A stretch of DNA of 60,042 nt, from assembly GCA_048885535.1 (NCBI GenBank), contig JBHLLO010000011.1, forward strand, positions 9,483 to 69,524. Direction: 5' to 3'. The DNA is from Candidatus Hermodarchaeota archaeon. GTDB taxonomy: Archaea; Asgardarchaeota; Lokiarchaeia; Sigyniarchaeales; SOKP01. The translations under genes and the position numbers were made by a program. Every line of letters starts with the position of its first letter. Positions within the stretch are counted from its first letter, which is position 1. Shown in pieces: positions 20,600 through 29,008 of the stretch. The notes under the pieces are model-generated. The model searched no databases. It saw nothing but the letters and a program-made list of their open reading frames with translations, and had not been told where the DNA came from.

Positions 20600-21622
20600 T
20601 TAATCTGAAAAGATTAATCTTTGTTTAAACAGTGTTTGATTAGAACTAGCATCAATAATATACAAGAAATATTCATGACTAGTAGAATAAATCGGTGAAA
20701 CAATAATTAATTCCTCTTCAGGAACCCACTTTTCAATCTTCTCTCGTAACACTTCACTCTCAAAAAATTCTTGAATAGAAATAACTTTTGCACAGATATT
20801 GTTAAATAAATTTTTTGATTGGTTCTTGATTAAAATTTCTACTTCTTGAGTATCTTTGTCCATATCTGTTCTTAAAATTCTAAAATTTTTTTCAAATCCA
20901 TATAACTCATTTGTTAAAACTTTTGATTCAAATAATTTAACATTCGAAAAACCTAAATCATCTTCTTCACTAAAAATGTAATTTATTGGAACTCCTTTTA
21001 ATGATAAATATGATATGGCCTTCTGAAGTTTGAAAGTTGTAGAATCCGTTCTTTTAATAACAGATTGGAAATATTGTGAACAGGTGTTTTTGATTAGAAC
21101 TTTTATTCGTTTTTTAATAGCTTCTCCTATATTGATTAATGACTTTATTGTTGGAGTTTTTATTGCTTGTGTTTTAGCTACTTCGGCATCTATTAAATGA
21201 GATATCTTTGATGAAAAATGTTTTATTATTCGTTCAGCCATTTTTTTTAGAAGAGTTCCTCCAAAGATATCCATATCGATTGGTAGAGCTAAGATCAACA
21301 CAAGAGTTTCGAAAAGATCTTCTTCAGAACCAGATCGCCGTTTTTCTCTTTTAGATGATATTAAAAACTTCTTTGCGAAATATATTTTTTCTTTATATTC
21401 CAAATCCATTCGATCTGGAGATGTTTGATCACTTATATCAAGGAACCAAATTGAGTGAATTCTAATCAAGCGCATAATATCAAGATTATCTTTTAGAGAT
21501 TCATCAGGAGTGATAAGAAGAGGCACTGGACCAAACTCTTCGTCGAAGTAGAGTAAAAAGATTTCACATAATTGCTCAGGTTCTATAACTTCTTTCTGCT
21601 TTTTTTTTGAAAAGTTATCCAT
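20600..21622 (-). CDS. Hypothetical protein with N-terminal uDENN/longin-like domain
   Basis: 'IFLLYFDEEFGPVPL' start motif; beta-rich C-terminal domain; 30 bp downstream of the hydrogenase large subunit on the same strand. Confidence 0.55.
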   Translation of the reverse strand: MDNFSKKKQKEVIEPEQLCEIFLLYFDEEFGPVPLLITPDESLKDNLDIMRLIRIHSIWFLDISDQTSPDRMDLEYKEKIYFAKKFLISSKREKRRSGSEEDLFETLVLILALPIDMDIFGGTLLKKMAERIIKHFSSKISHLIDAEVAKTQAIKTPTIKSLINIGEAIKKRIKVLIKNTCSQYFQSVIKRTDSTTFKLQKAISYLSLKGVPINYIFSEEDDLGFSNVKLFESKVLTNELYGFEKNFRILRTDMDKDTQEVEILIKNQSKNLFNNICAKVISIQEFFESEVLREKIEKWVPEEELIIVSPIYSTSHEYFLYIIDASSNQTLFKQRLIFSD

Positions 21623-21652
21623 TTGAGTTACACCATTTTTAGTAGATAATTT

Positions 21653-22963
21653 TTAATGTGTAGCACAAGAGATGCATGGATCAAAAGCTCTTATCAGAAT
21701 TTGAACCTTTCTATTAACTGATTCTAGATCTTCTTTTTTATATAACTCTTGAGCATAATTTTTAATTTTTTCATTTAATAGAGGGAAATTTATTTCAGTT
21801 GCGATAAAAAGTTTAACATAATCAATATTATTAGACTTATTCATATGATAATGGTGTATAAGGGTACCACGTGGTGCCTCAACCATCCCAACACCGTTTT
21901 GATGTACAATAGAGTTAAGAGAGGGAAGTGGTTCTTTATTTTCCAAACTATGTTGATTTAATATTTCTAAGCTCGCCTCTATTTCCTTAAAAATTTCAAT
22001 TAATTGTAATACATTCATAAATAATATGCTTTCTCTCCAGTTTTTTTCAAAATTATCTATAATAGAATTTTTTCTATTTCCAAAGTCATTTTCGACTAAA
22101 TGGAATCTAGCAATTGGTCCAGTTAATATATTTTTAAAATCTTTTGATCTAAATTTAATTCCAAAAAGATTACAATCTTTATCAAAATAATTCAAATAAC
22201 CGTTTACTTCAAACTCTAATTTCTTCATATTAAATGGCATTATATTTAGAGTTCCGTTATATCGATCATATTTTCCCTTGTTGGACATTCCAAAATATGA
22301 TGGATTCTGTAAATTAAATTCATTTGGGGGAATTTTAGTAGCAAAGAGTTCTACAAATTTATCAATAATATATTGTATATTAAAAATAGATTTCTGTAAG
22401 TATTTCTGGGCAAGTAAAATATTCTTTTTCGAAGGGTTATAAATGATTCCACCTGGAATAGGTGTAATTAAATGAAGCATTCTTCCTCCAAAAATATTAT
22501 TTAATTCTGAACCTGCTTTAATTAAATCATAAACACTAGTGGTTAATTGAGAATCAAATCTAATTAGTTGGTAAGGATCTATCCCTTTTTTATAAATCTG
22601 AAAAATTTCTAAAAAATCAGGTAATGATTGAAAGAAAAAATGCATTATATGAGATTTAATTAATTCAGCTACCATCAATATTCTTCGAAGTAGGGTTGTT
22701 TGGAAACTAGGCTGGATTTCATAAATCTTTTCAATGGCTTTACAACTAGCAAATGTTTGAGAAGCATGACATAAACCACAAATTCTTGAAACGATTCTAG
22801 GAATATCATTTAACTTTTTGCCTACTAAAATGTTTTCAAATCCTCTAAATGCAGAAATTTCAAATTCTACATGATCTATTTTTTCATTTTGAATGAAATA
22901 ATTTACTTTTCCATGTCCTTCGACTCTCGAACATACATTTATTACCTTTTGCATTACTTTCAC
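21653..22963 (-). CDS. mvhA: [NiFe]-hydrogenase large subunit, group 3 (MvhA-like), with sensor-type features
   Basis: 'SRVEGHG', L1 'RICGLCHASQ', 'VEAPRGTLIHHY' and L2 'DPCISCATH*'. Confidence 0.88.
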   Translation of the reverse strand: MKVMQKVINVCSRVEGHGKVNYFIQNEKIDHVEFEISAFRGFENILVGKKLNDIPRIVSRICGLCHASQTFASCKAIEKIYEIQPSFQTTLLRRILMVAELIKSHIMHFFFQSLPDFLEIFQIYKKGIDPYQLIRFDSQLTTSVYDLIKAGSELNNIFGGRMLHLITPIPGGIIYNPSKKNILLAQKYLQKSIFNIQYIIDKFVELFATKIPPNEFNLQNPSYFGMSNKGKYDRYNGTLNIMPFNMKKLEFEVNGYLNYFDKDCNLFGIKFRSKDFKNILTGPIARFHLVENDFGNRKNSIIDNFEKNWRESILFMNVLQLIEIFKEIEASLEILNQHSLENKEPLPSLNSIVHQNGVGMVEAPRGTLIHHYHMNKSNNIDYVKLFIATEINFPLLNEKIKNYAQELYKKEDLESVNRKVQILIRAFDPCISCATH

Positions 22964-23712
22964 CTTTTTAATATTGGTTTTGAAAACCTATAAAAGATAC
23001 CAGAATATCTCTTAAGGTTATTAGAAAGATGAACTAAACTTAAGAAATTAACAAGGTTTGAAGTAAATTGCTTTGAGGGAGAACCTAAACAACCCTCACA
23101 TGGCATTCCTAATTCTATACATTTATTATCGCACCCTTCTCTAGTAATTGGCCCTAAACATAAAATTTCATTATTTAAAAAACATTCCCGCTTATTTGAA
23201 GTAATTTCAGAATTAGTAGGACTAAGTTTTGATATTTGAGAATTAAAATTAAAATGCTTCTCGTCTCTCAGTGGACAAGAACTACACATATTTTTTTCTG
23301 AGAGCGTTATATTCTTATTTTCAATAAGCCTCATTAAAGAATTTCCTAATAAGTTTGTTGGAGGAGGACATCCAGGGATAATATTATTAATCTCGATGTA
23401 TTTTGAAATTGGATTCGAATTTTTCCTTTTTGATAAACCCAGAATACCCCCAAATGCAGCACAAGTACCTAAAGCATATACTTTTCTTGAATGCTTTCGA
23501 ATTTCCTTCAATACTTCTATTTGATTTACTTCTGAAATGCATCCCTCTATTAATGCAATATCTGAATCTGAAATTTCATTTTCACTTGAGATAAACGGAA
23601 AAAATGTAATTTCAGTCCTTTCTAAAAATTGAGGAAACATATCTAAAGACATAATAGAAGAAATACAACCACTACATGAAGTTAATGATGCTACAATAAA
23701 TCTAAGTTTGAT
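22960..23712 (-). CDS. mvhG: [NiFe]-hydrogenase small subunit (MvhG-like); probable ATC start
   Basis: The frame extends upstream of the ORF-track Met (23652) to include 'SLTSCSGC'; then 'IEG', 'GTCAAFGG', 'PGCPP', 'CSSC', 'CLGPIT' and 'PCEGC'. Confidence 0.85.
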   Translation of the reverse strand: MKLRFIVASLTSCSGCISSIMSLDMFPQFLERTEITFFPFISSENEISDSDIALIEGCISEVNQIEVLKEIRKHSRKVYALGTCAAFGGILGLSKRKNSNPISKYIEINNIIPGCPPPTNLLGNSLMRLIENKNITLSEKNMCSSCPLRDEKHFNFNSQISKLSPTNSEITSNKRECFLNNEILCLGPITREGCDNKCIELGMPCEGCLGSPSKQFTSNLVNFLSLVHLSNNLKRYSGIFYRFSKPILKR

Positions 23713-26248
23713 TAGTGACCCCCTCCCTTAAAATATTATAAAATTTGTTAGCAATTTCTGCAAACTTAGGACCTTCTACCGCGTTTAAATTTTTAAATAT
23801 AATTCGGTTGCGATATTTTGGGCTTAAGATTTTTTTAAGAATTTGTATTTTTTTTTGTGCTTTTTCAATTCCGTCAATATATCTACAAGCATCTTTTCTA
23901 CATCCTATAACCATTACACCATCAAATCCTACCTCAAAAGATTTAAATATAAATTCAGTATCTAATCTTCCTGTGCATGGGATGCGAATAACAAAAATAT
24001 TAGGCTGATATAGCTCCTTCTTTAGCCCAGCGTCATCAACAGCTGCATATCCACAAGAATAACAACAGAAAGCAACAATTTTAGGATTTTTATTAAATTT
24101 TGAATAAATTTCAATTGTTTTCAATATTTTTTCTGATGTATCTATATTCATTTCAATTGCGTTTGTAGAACATACACTTGCACATGTTCCACATCCTTTA
24201 CATTTAAACTTATCTACGCTAATCTTATTAGATTCTATAGTTATCGCATTATAAGGACACACTCTTTCACATAAGCCACATAATCCGCATTTTTCTTCAT
24301 TAATTCCAATACTTGTGAATTCAGTTAATAAATAATCATTTGATAATAGAGAGATGATTTTTAATGCTACTACGTTTGTCGTAGACATAGTAGATTGATA
24401 ATTTAGCGGTCCAAATATTGTTCCAATGCCATAAATCCCAGATGCTAAAGTCTCTTCACTCATAAATCCATTATCATTTAAAGTAAAATCCATGAATTTT
24501 CTTAATATTTTAAGATCTTTATTTGGAATATACTTAAGATTTAAAACTATCAAATCACTTGGAAATTCAATGTTATCTGCGATCACATAATTAACGTTAT
24601 CATTAGATTGAATTGTAATCTTATTAGCATATAGAAATCTTGGATTGGTAGATCTTAGAAGAATTTCATCCTTATTTTTTAATTTACTCAAATCATAAAA
24701 AACATTGACTTCACACTCAGGGCTTCTTATTTTAATATCCTCAATATATTTTTGTGCTAAGATTTCAGAGTATTCAGTAAGATATTTGGAAGGACCAACT
24801 TCTTGAATTATTGAAATAGAGTTTATAGGTATTTTATCGGATAATCTTAATAATTTTCCTTCAGTGATACCATCAGAAGATAATATTCTTTCGAATTCAG
24901 CCGAAGTAATAATACTTTTTTGAGGATTATAAAGATATTTTTCTAAATTCGTATATAAATCCGCACCAATCGCAATGACTTTAACTCCAACCTTAATACG
25001 AATCTTTTCAAGTTTTTGATGTAAGTCAATTGCTTTATTAATACAAACACGCTCACATATCATACAGTTTAAGCAATTATTAATATCCTCTTCATCAATT
25101 ATAGGAGCATATGGATAAGAATTTTGGAAGGGAATGTATATTATTTTTCGGTTTGATAAACCAAATTCATATTGATTTTTCTTTTCCTTACCGCATACAC
25201 TAATGCATTGTTTACAACCTGTGCACTTTTTTTCATCTACATAACGAGGTTTCTTGATTAAATCTAATGTAAAATTACCTACTTCTCCAGAAACCATTTC
25301 TATTTCAGTATTGGTCAAAATATCAATATTTTTCTCTTTAGCAATCTCACCAATTAATTCAGAAATAAAACATATAGAGCAGTCCCCCATATTAGAAATT
25401 CGATGCCATCTAGCTACTTTTCCTCCTAATGTTGGTGATTTCTCTATAAGATATACTTTTATTCCTGCACGTGAGAGATTTAGAGCTAACGTCATCCCTG
25501 CAATGCCACCTCCTAATATCGCACAGCTTTTTTCAACATCAACAGTTTTTATTTTGACTTCTTTTTGAAGTTTTACACGTTCAACTGCAGCTTCAATTAA
25601 TAAGCTCGCCTTCTTTAATGCTAATAATGGATCAAATTGCTGAGTGTTTGAATGATGAACCCAACAACATTGCTCTCTAATATTGGCTATTTCTATATTA
25701 GCACTATCAATCACAGGTTTAAAGATTCGTTCAAAAATGTGTTGATGTGTTTTGGGGGAACAAGCCGCTATAACCACTTTGTTTAAGAAATTTTCTTTTG
25801 TCCAATTTGTAATTTTATTCAAGTTCTTTTCTTGACATAAATTATCAAAAACTTTTACAGAAACTACATTATCTAATTTTTCAATCTGATTTTCTAATAC
25901 ATTAATATTTATTATGTTGGATATTTCAGTATTACAATTACATAGAATCACTCCAATTCGACTAATTTCACTCCCCTTTTTGTCTAAGTATTCTATTTCT
26001 TCCCCTGCTAAAATACGTCTGCTTACATTCATAATTCTTAAAATTCTTTTGCCATCTTCCGTCAAAAAGTAAGATTTTTTATCTTTATTTATTAAGGATC
26101 CTAATTTCTTTAAATGAAAATTTAATTGCCCGGTTTGGGCGATCCCCATTTTTTCCATTAAATCTGTGTATGAGATGAATCCTTCTTTTTCTAGGAGTAA
26201 TAAGATTTTTCTTCGAAAAGGATGAGATAATATGTTATAGATATCTAT
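23702..26248 (-). CDS. hdrA: Fusion of ArsR-like winged-helix domain, heterodisulfide reductase subunit A-like flavoprotein and MvhD; probable ATA start
   Basis: wHTH 'ILSHPFRRKILLLL...GQLNFHLKKL...YFLTEDG'; HdrA 'CNC', 'AACSP', 'NIREQC', 'GGGIAG', 'DCSIC', four CxxCxxCxxxC motifs, 'EFERIL'; MvhD 'AFCCYSCGY', 'PCTGR', 'GCRKDACRY'. Confidence 0.88.
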   Translation of the reverse strand: MDIYNILSHPFRRKILLLLEKEGFISYTDLMEKMGIAQTGQLNFHLKKLGSLINKDKKSYFLTEDGKRILRIMNVSRRILAGEEIEYLDKKGSEISRIGVILCNCNTEISNIININVLENQIEKLDNVVSVKVFDNLCQEKNLNKITNWTKENFLNKVVIAACSPKTHQHIFERIFKPVIDSANIEIANIREQCCWVHHSNTQQFDPLLALKKASLLIEAAVERVKLQKEVKIKTVDVEKSCAILGGGIAGMTLALNLSRAGIKVYLIEKSPTLGGKVARWHRISNMGDCSICFISELIGEIAKEKNIDILTNTEIEMVSGEVGNFTLDLIKKPRYVDEKKCTGCKQCISVCGKEKKNQYEFGLSNRKIIYIPFQNSYPYAPIIDEEDINNCLNCMICERVCINKAIDLHQKLEKIRIKVGVKVIAIGADLYTNLEKYLYNPQKSIITSAEFERILSSDGITEGKLLRLSDKIPINSISIIQEVGPSKYLTEYSEILAQKYIEDIKIRSPECEVNVFYDLSKLKNKDEILLRSTNPRFLYANKITIQSNDNVNYVIADNIEFPSDLIVLNLKYIPNKDLKILRKFMDFTLNDNGFMSEETLASGIYGIGTIFGPLNYQSTMSTTNVVALKIISLLSNDYLLTEFTSIGINEEKCGLCGLCERVCPYNAITIESNKISVDKFKCKGCGTCASVCSTNAIEMNIDTSEKILKTIEIYSKFNKNPKIVAFCCYSCGYAAVDDAGLKKELYQPNIFVIRIPCTGRLDTEFIFKSFEVGFDGVMVIGCRKDACRYIDGIEKAQKKIQILKKILSPKYRNRIIFKNLNAVEGPKFAEIANKFYNILREGVTNQT

Positions 26249-26454
26249 TTTTAAATCCCCTCTATTGATTATTGTTATTGTTATTTTTGAAATTTGACAA
26301 ATTTATTTCTCTTCATGATAATGAAGTTATTAGATTATTTAAACTTTGCCGGATCCTGATCATTAGGATTTTCTTTTTTATAAATAAGAGTGTCGCTATC
26401 AGTCGGAGAAATGTCGATTTTGCATATAACAAAAAAAGTTTTATTAGATAAATT

Positions 26455-26500
26455 TCTGACTAAAAAAATTATCAAACTATAACAAAATTTTCTTGTCAAA
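26455..26500. promoter_or_regulatory. Putative tandem operator (two ~22-bp TTTGAY-N10-RTCAAA-type sites, 24-bp period) in the divergent promoter
   Basis: TCTGACTAAAAAAATTATCAAA-CT-ATAACAAAATTTTCTTGTCAAA; 35/46 ungapped identities with 31295-31340. Confidence 0.55.
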
Positions 26501-26583
26501 CTCTTTTTATTCTAACAATTTGATTATTATCTTAGATTAATAATAATCTTTTAATAAAGGTTTATGAAGAGGTGTTTTGTAAA

Positions 26584-27201
26584 ATGGAAGTTTTGGAATT
26601 AAAGCCTATAAAAAATAAAAGAATTGTTGCCTATATTACCTCAAAAGAAAATGCTAAGTACTTCCAAAACAAAGACACTGAAAAATTAAGGAAATTTTTG
26701 AAAAAGAACACCGTCGATTTTGTGACGGTAGATTTCCAAGTTAACATGAAGGAATTCAATAAAACATCATTTGCACTAACATTAAATGAACTTAAGATCC
26801 CTTATTGTCAAGTTGATATTCCAGACTACGCAATGGGATATCTTTATCAAGAAATTATCGAAAAACAGCAGTTACAAACAGAATTGTTTGAAGAATATGA
26901 AAATATGAGCGAGAAAGAATCATATAAAGGACTTAGTTTAAAAAATTGGATTGATATGCTAGGTGAGGAAATACAAGAAAAAGAAATATTTCTAAGTTTA
27001 AAACTAAGACCTCAGTGGATTGTTAAAAAAATGTTAGATCTAATATCAGACTACGAAAAAGATGTCATAGTATTTGTTCATTTTGTTCAAGAGGACATAT
27101 GTGAAGATATTTGTCCAGAGATTACAAACAATTTGAGGGAATTAGGCGTAAAAGTTGTCTCTTATAATAAAAAACATACTATCCAAAATATAATATTTTA
27201 A
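26584..27201 (+). CDS. Hypothetical protein, paralogue of 27221-27952 (divergent TraB/ChaN-like fold with helical hairpin)
   Basis: GAGGTG SD before ATG 26584; shares 'EVLELKP', 'IP(Y/F)xxxDIxxxAxxYL' and 'KxRxxW' with the next gene. Confidence 0.65.
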   Translation: MEVLELKPIKNKRIVAYITSKENAKYFQNKDTEKLRKFLKKNTVDFVTVDFQVNMKEFNKTSFALTLNELKIPYCQVDIPDYAMGYLYQEIIEKQQLQTELFEEYENMSEKESYKGLSLKNWIDMLGEEIQEKEIFLSLKLRPQWIVKKMLDLISDYEKDVIVFVHFVQEDICEDICPEITNNLRELGVKVVSYNKKHTIQNIIF

Positions 27202-27220
27202 AAAAAGGAGGAGATAATAA

Positions 27221-27952
27221 TTGCCAGAAGTGTTAGAATTAAAGCCTTTAAAAGAAAAATATTTAAAGTTAATAATGGTTGAAAGTGAATTTCCAATTGA
27301 TTGGTGGTTCGAAGTCCCCGATGAAATTAAAGAGGATCTTGTATGGAACCTCCATTTAATTTCAAAAGAATACCTTCAATTGATTGATTCATTAATTGAA
27401 AAATATAAACCTGATTTTGCGGTAGAAGAAAAGCCAAATTTTTGGAATAATGCAAATCACACAAAGGATCCATTAAAAAACTTATTTGAAAAAAAAAAAA
27501 TTCCATTCAAACGCGCAGATATTTCCGAAAATGCCGAATTGTATCTTTCATCAGCCCTAGATGGACATAGATCAGCAATTAAAAATCTTGAGTCGAGAAT
27601 TAGAGAATTAATCCAAAAACAAGGGAAAATTCCTGAAAATGATGACTTATTTCAAAAGTTAATATTATGGAAAGAGTATTTACAGAAAGATTATGATACT
27701 CAAGAAGATGAAGTAAGGTATAAAGTAAGAGAAGCGTGGATGATGATGAATATTCTTAACCTTGCTAAGGATGTACAAGGGAAGAAATTGAAAGGGATGT
27801 TCATTTGCGATCTTCGCCACTTTAATGGGATTGAAAAACTGTCAGAAGATTTGGGTATAGAAATAGAACAAGTGAAGATAAAAAGAACTATTAAAACTGA
27901 GGACCTCGAAAAGGATCTTGAAAAAGATGTAGAAATTGACATTTCTAAATAA
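27221..27952 (+). CDS. Hypothetical protein, divergent TraB/ChaN-like fold
   Basis: AGGAGGAG SD with TTG start; 'KYKPDFAVEE', 'REAWM' and 'FICDLRHFNGI' resemble TraB-type 'PDxVxVE', 'RdxxM' and 'VGxxHxxGI'. Confidence 0.6.
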   Translation: MPEVLELKPLKEKYLKLIMVESEFPIDWWFEVPDEIKEDLVWNLHLISKEYLQLIDSLIEKYKPDFAVEEKPNFWNNANHTKDPLKNLFEKKKIPFKRADISENAELYLSSALDGHRSAIKNLESRIRELIQKQGKIPENDDLFQKLILWKEYLQKDYDTQEDEVRYKVREAWMMMNILNLAKDVQGKKLKGMFICDLRHFNGIEKLSEDLGIEIEQVKIKRTIKTEDLEKDLEKDVEIDISK

Positions 27953-27971
27953 ATAAAAAGAGTTGATAAAA

Positions 27972-28958
27972 ATGGTTGAAAAAAGTGTAGAAAGTATTTT
28001 AGGAAAAAAATCTATTATCGAATTAACTCCAATTATTATAAAGAAACAAGATACTTCCGATAAAATTTGTTATTTTTTTGATACAGATGATAATGCATCT
28101 CCATTTGATATTAATATGGCTTATGATGCTGGTTTCGATATAGTTATACCTCTAAATAAAATGAAAGCAGAGTATGTTCCCAAATTAGTTCAAGATGCTA
28201 TTTTTTCTAGGAAACCCGGTGCTCCTACAGCCTTTTTTATTGGTGGTTCAGATGTCAAAGAGGGTGAAAAAATTGCTAAAGCTGTGAAAAGTTCATTAGT
28301 ACCACCTTTTGAATGTCCCATCATTATTGACCCTAGAGGATCTCATACTACAGCATCAGCGGTTATAGCCATGACGATGGATATTGCAAATAAAAAGCAT
28401 GGTATTAAAGATTTAAAAAGTAAGAAAGTTGTAATCTTTGGTGCGGGTCCTGTTGGCAGAATTGCTGCAATTATAGCCGCAAAAATAGGCTGCAAGGTCT
28501 ACATCGTTGAGACTTGGGAGAAATCTAATGAGAATTTTGTGAATGCTTTAGTAAAGGAACTTAATGCTGAAGCTGGAACCGAAGGAGAAAAGATTATTGG
28601 ATTATTTGCACCCGAACTTGAACAGAGGTTTGAAATAGCTAAAGATGCGCTTATTATATGGTCCCTTGCTGCAGCAGGAGTTGAAATATTAAGTGTTGAA
28701 TGGATGCAAAAATTGAAGGGTAAAAAAATTGTTGTTGATATTAATCTTGTGCCACCATATGGTATTGAGGGCATTAAACCAAAACATAAAAATGACGAAA
28801 TCTATCCTGGAATATTCTGTATTGGGGCACTCGCATTAGGAGCTTTAAAGGCTAATACTGAAAGTCAGATCTTAAAAGAAGCCTCAAAAACAAAAGGATT
28901 ACAGATATTTGATTATAATTATGCATTTGAAGTTGCGTCTGGATTGCTTAAAAAGTAA
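27972..28958 (+). CDS. mtdB: NAD(P)-dependent methylene-tetrahydromethanopterin dehydrogenase-like protein (MtdA/MtdB family)
   Basis: 'SPFDINMAYDAGFD', 'LVQDAIFSR', 'FIGGSD', 'PPF', 'DPRGSHTTASA', Rossmann 'GAGPVG' and 'DINLVPPYGIEG'. Confidence 0.8.
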   Translation: MVEKSVESILGKKSIIELTPIIIKKQDTSDKICYFFDTDDNASPFDINMAYDAGFDIVIPLNKMKAEYVPKLVQDAIFSRKPGAPTAFFIGGSDVKEGEKIAKAVKSSLVPPFECPIIIDPRGSHTTASAVIAMTMDIANKKHGIKDLKSKKVVIFGAGPVGRIAAIIAAKIGCKVYIVETWEKSNENFVNALVKELNAEAGTEGEKIIGLFAPELEQRFEIAKDALIIWSLAAAGVEILSVEWMQKLKGKKIVVDINLVPPYGIEGIKPKHKNDEIYPGIFCIGALALGALKANTESQILKEASKTKGLQIFDYNYAFEVASGLLKK

Positions 28959-29008
28959 AGGTATAAACATTAATTTTAAAAACATATTTTCTTTATTTTC
29001 AGAAAGGG

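Noticed and set aside
21653-26248. Selenocysteine recoding in HdrA, MvhD or MvhA (known in some Lokiarchaeia and methanogens)
   Set aside because: No in-frame TGA; the relevant positions are Cys
26311-26370. Short hairpins CTTCAT-GATA-ATGAAG and ATCCT...AGGAT in the divergent promoter as a SECIS or ncRNA
   Set aside because: Stems are only 5-6 bp, there is no Sec codon to serve, and no family resemblance
20041-26411. Identical GTCGGAGAAA 10-mer in the intergenic regions at 20041 and 26402
   Set aside because: A single short non-palindromic match that cannot be distinguished from chance by eye
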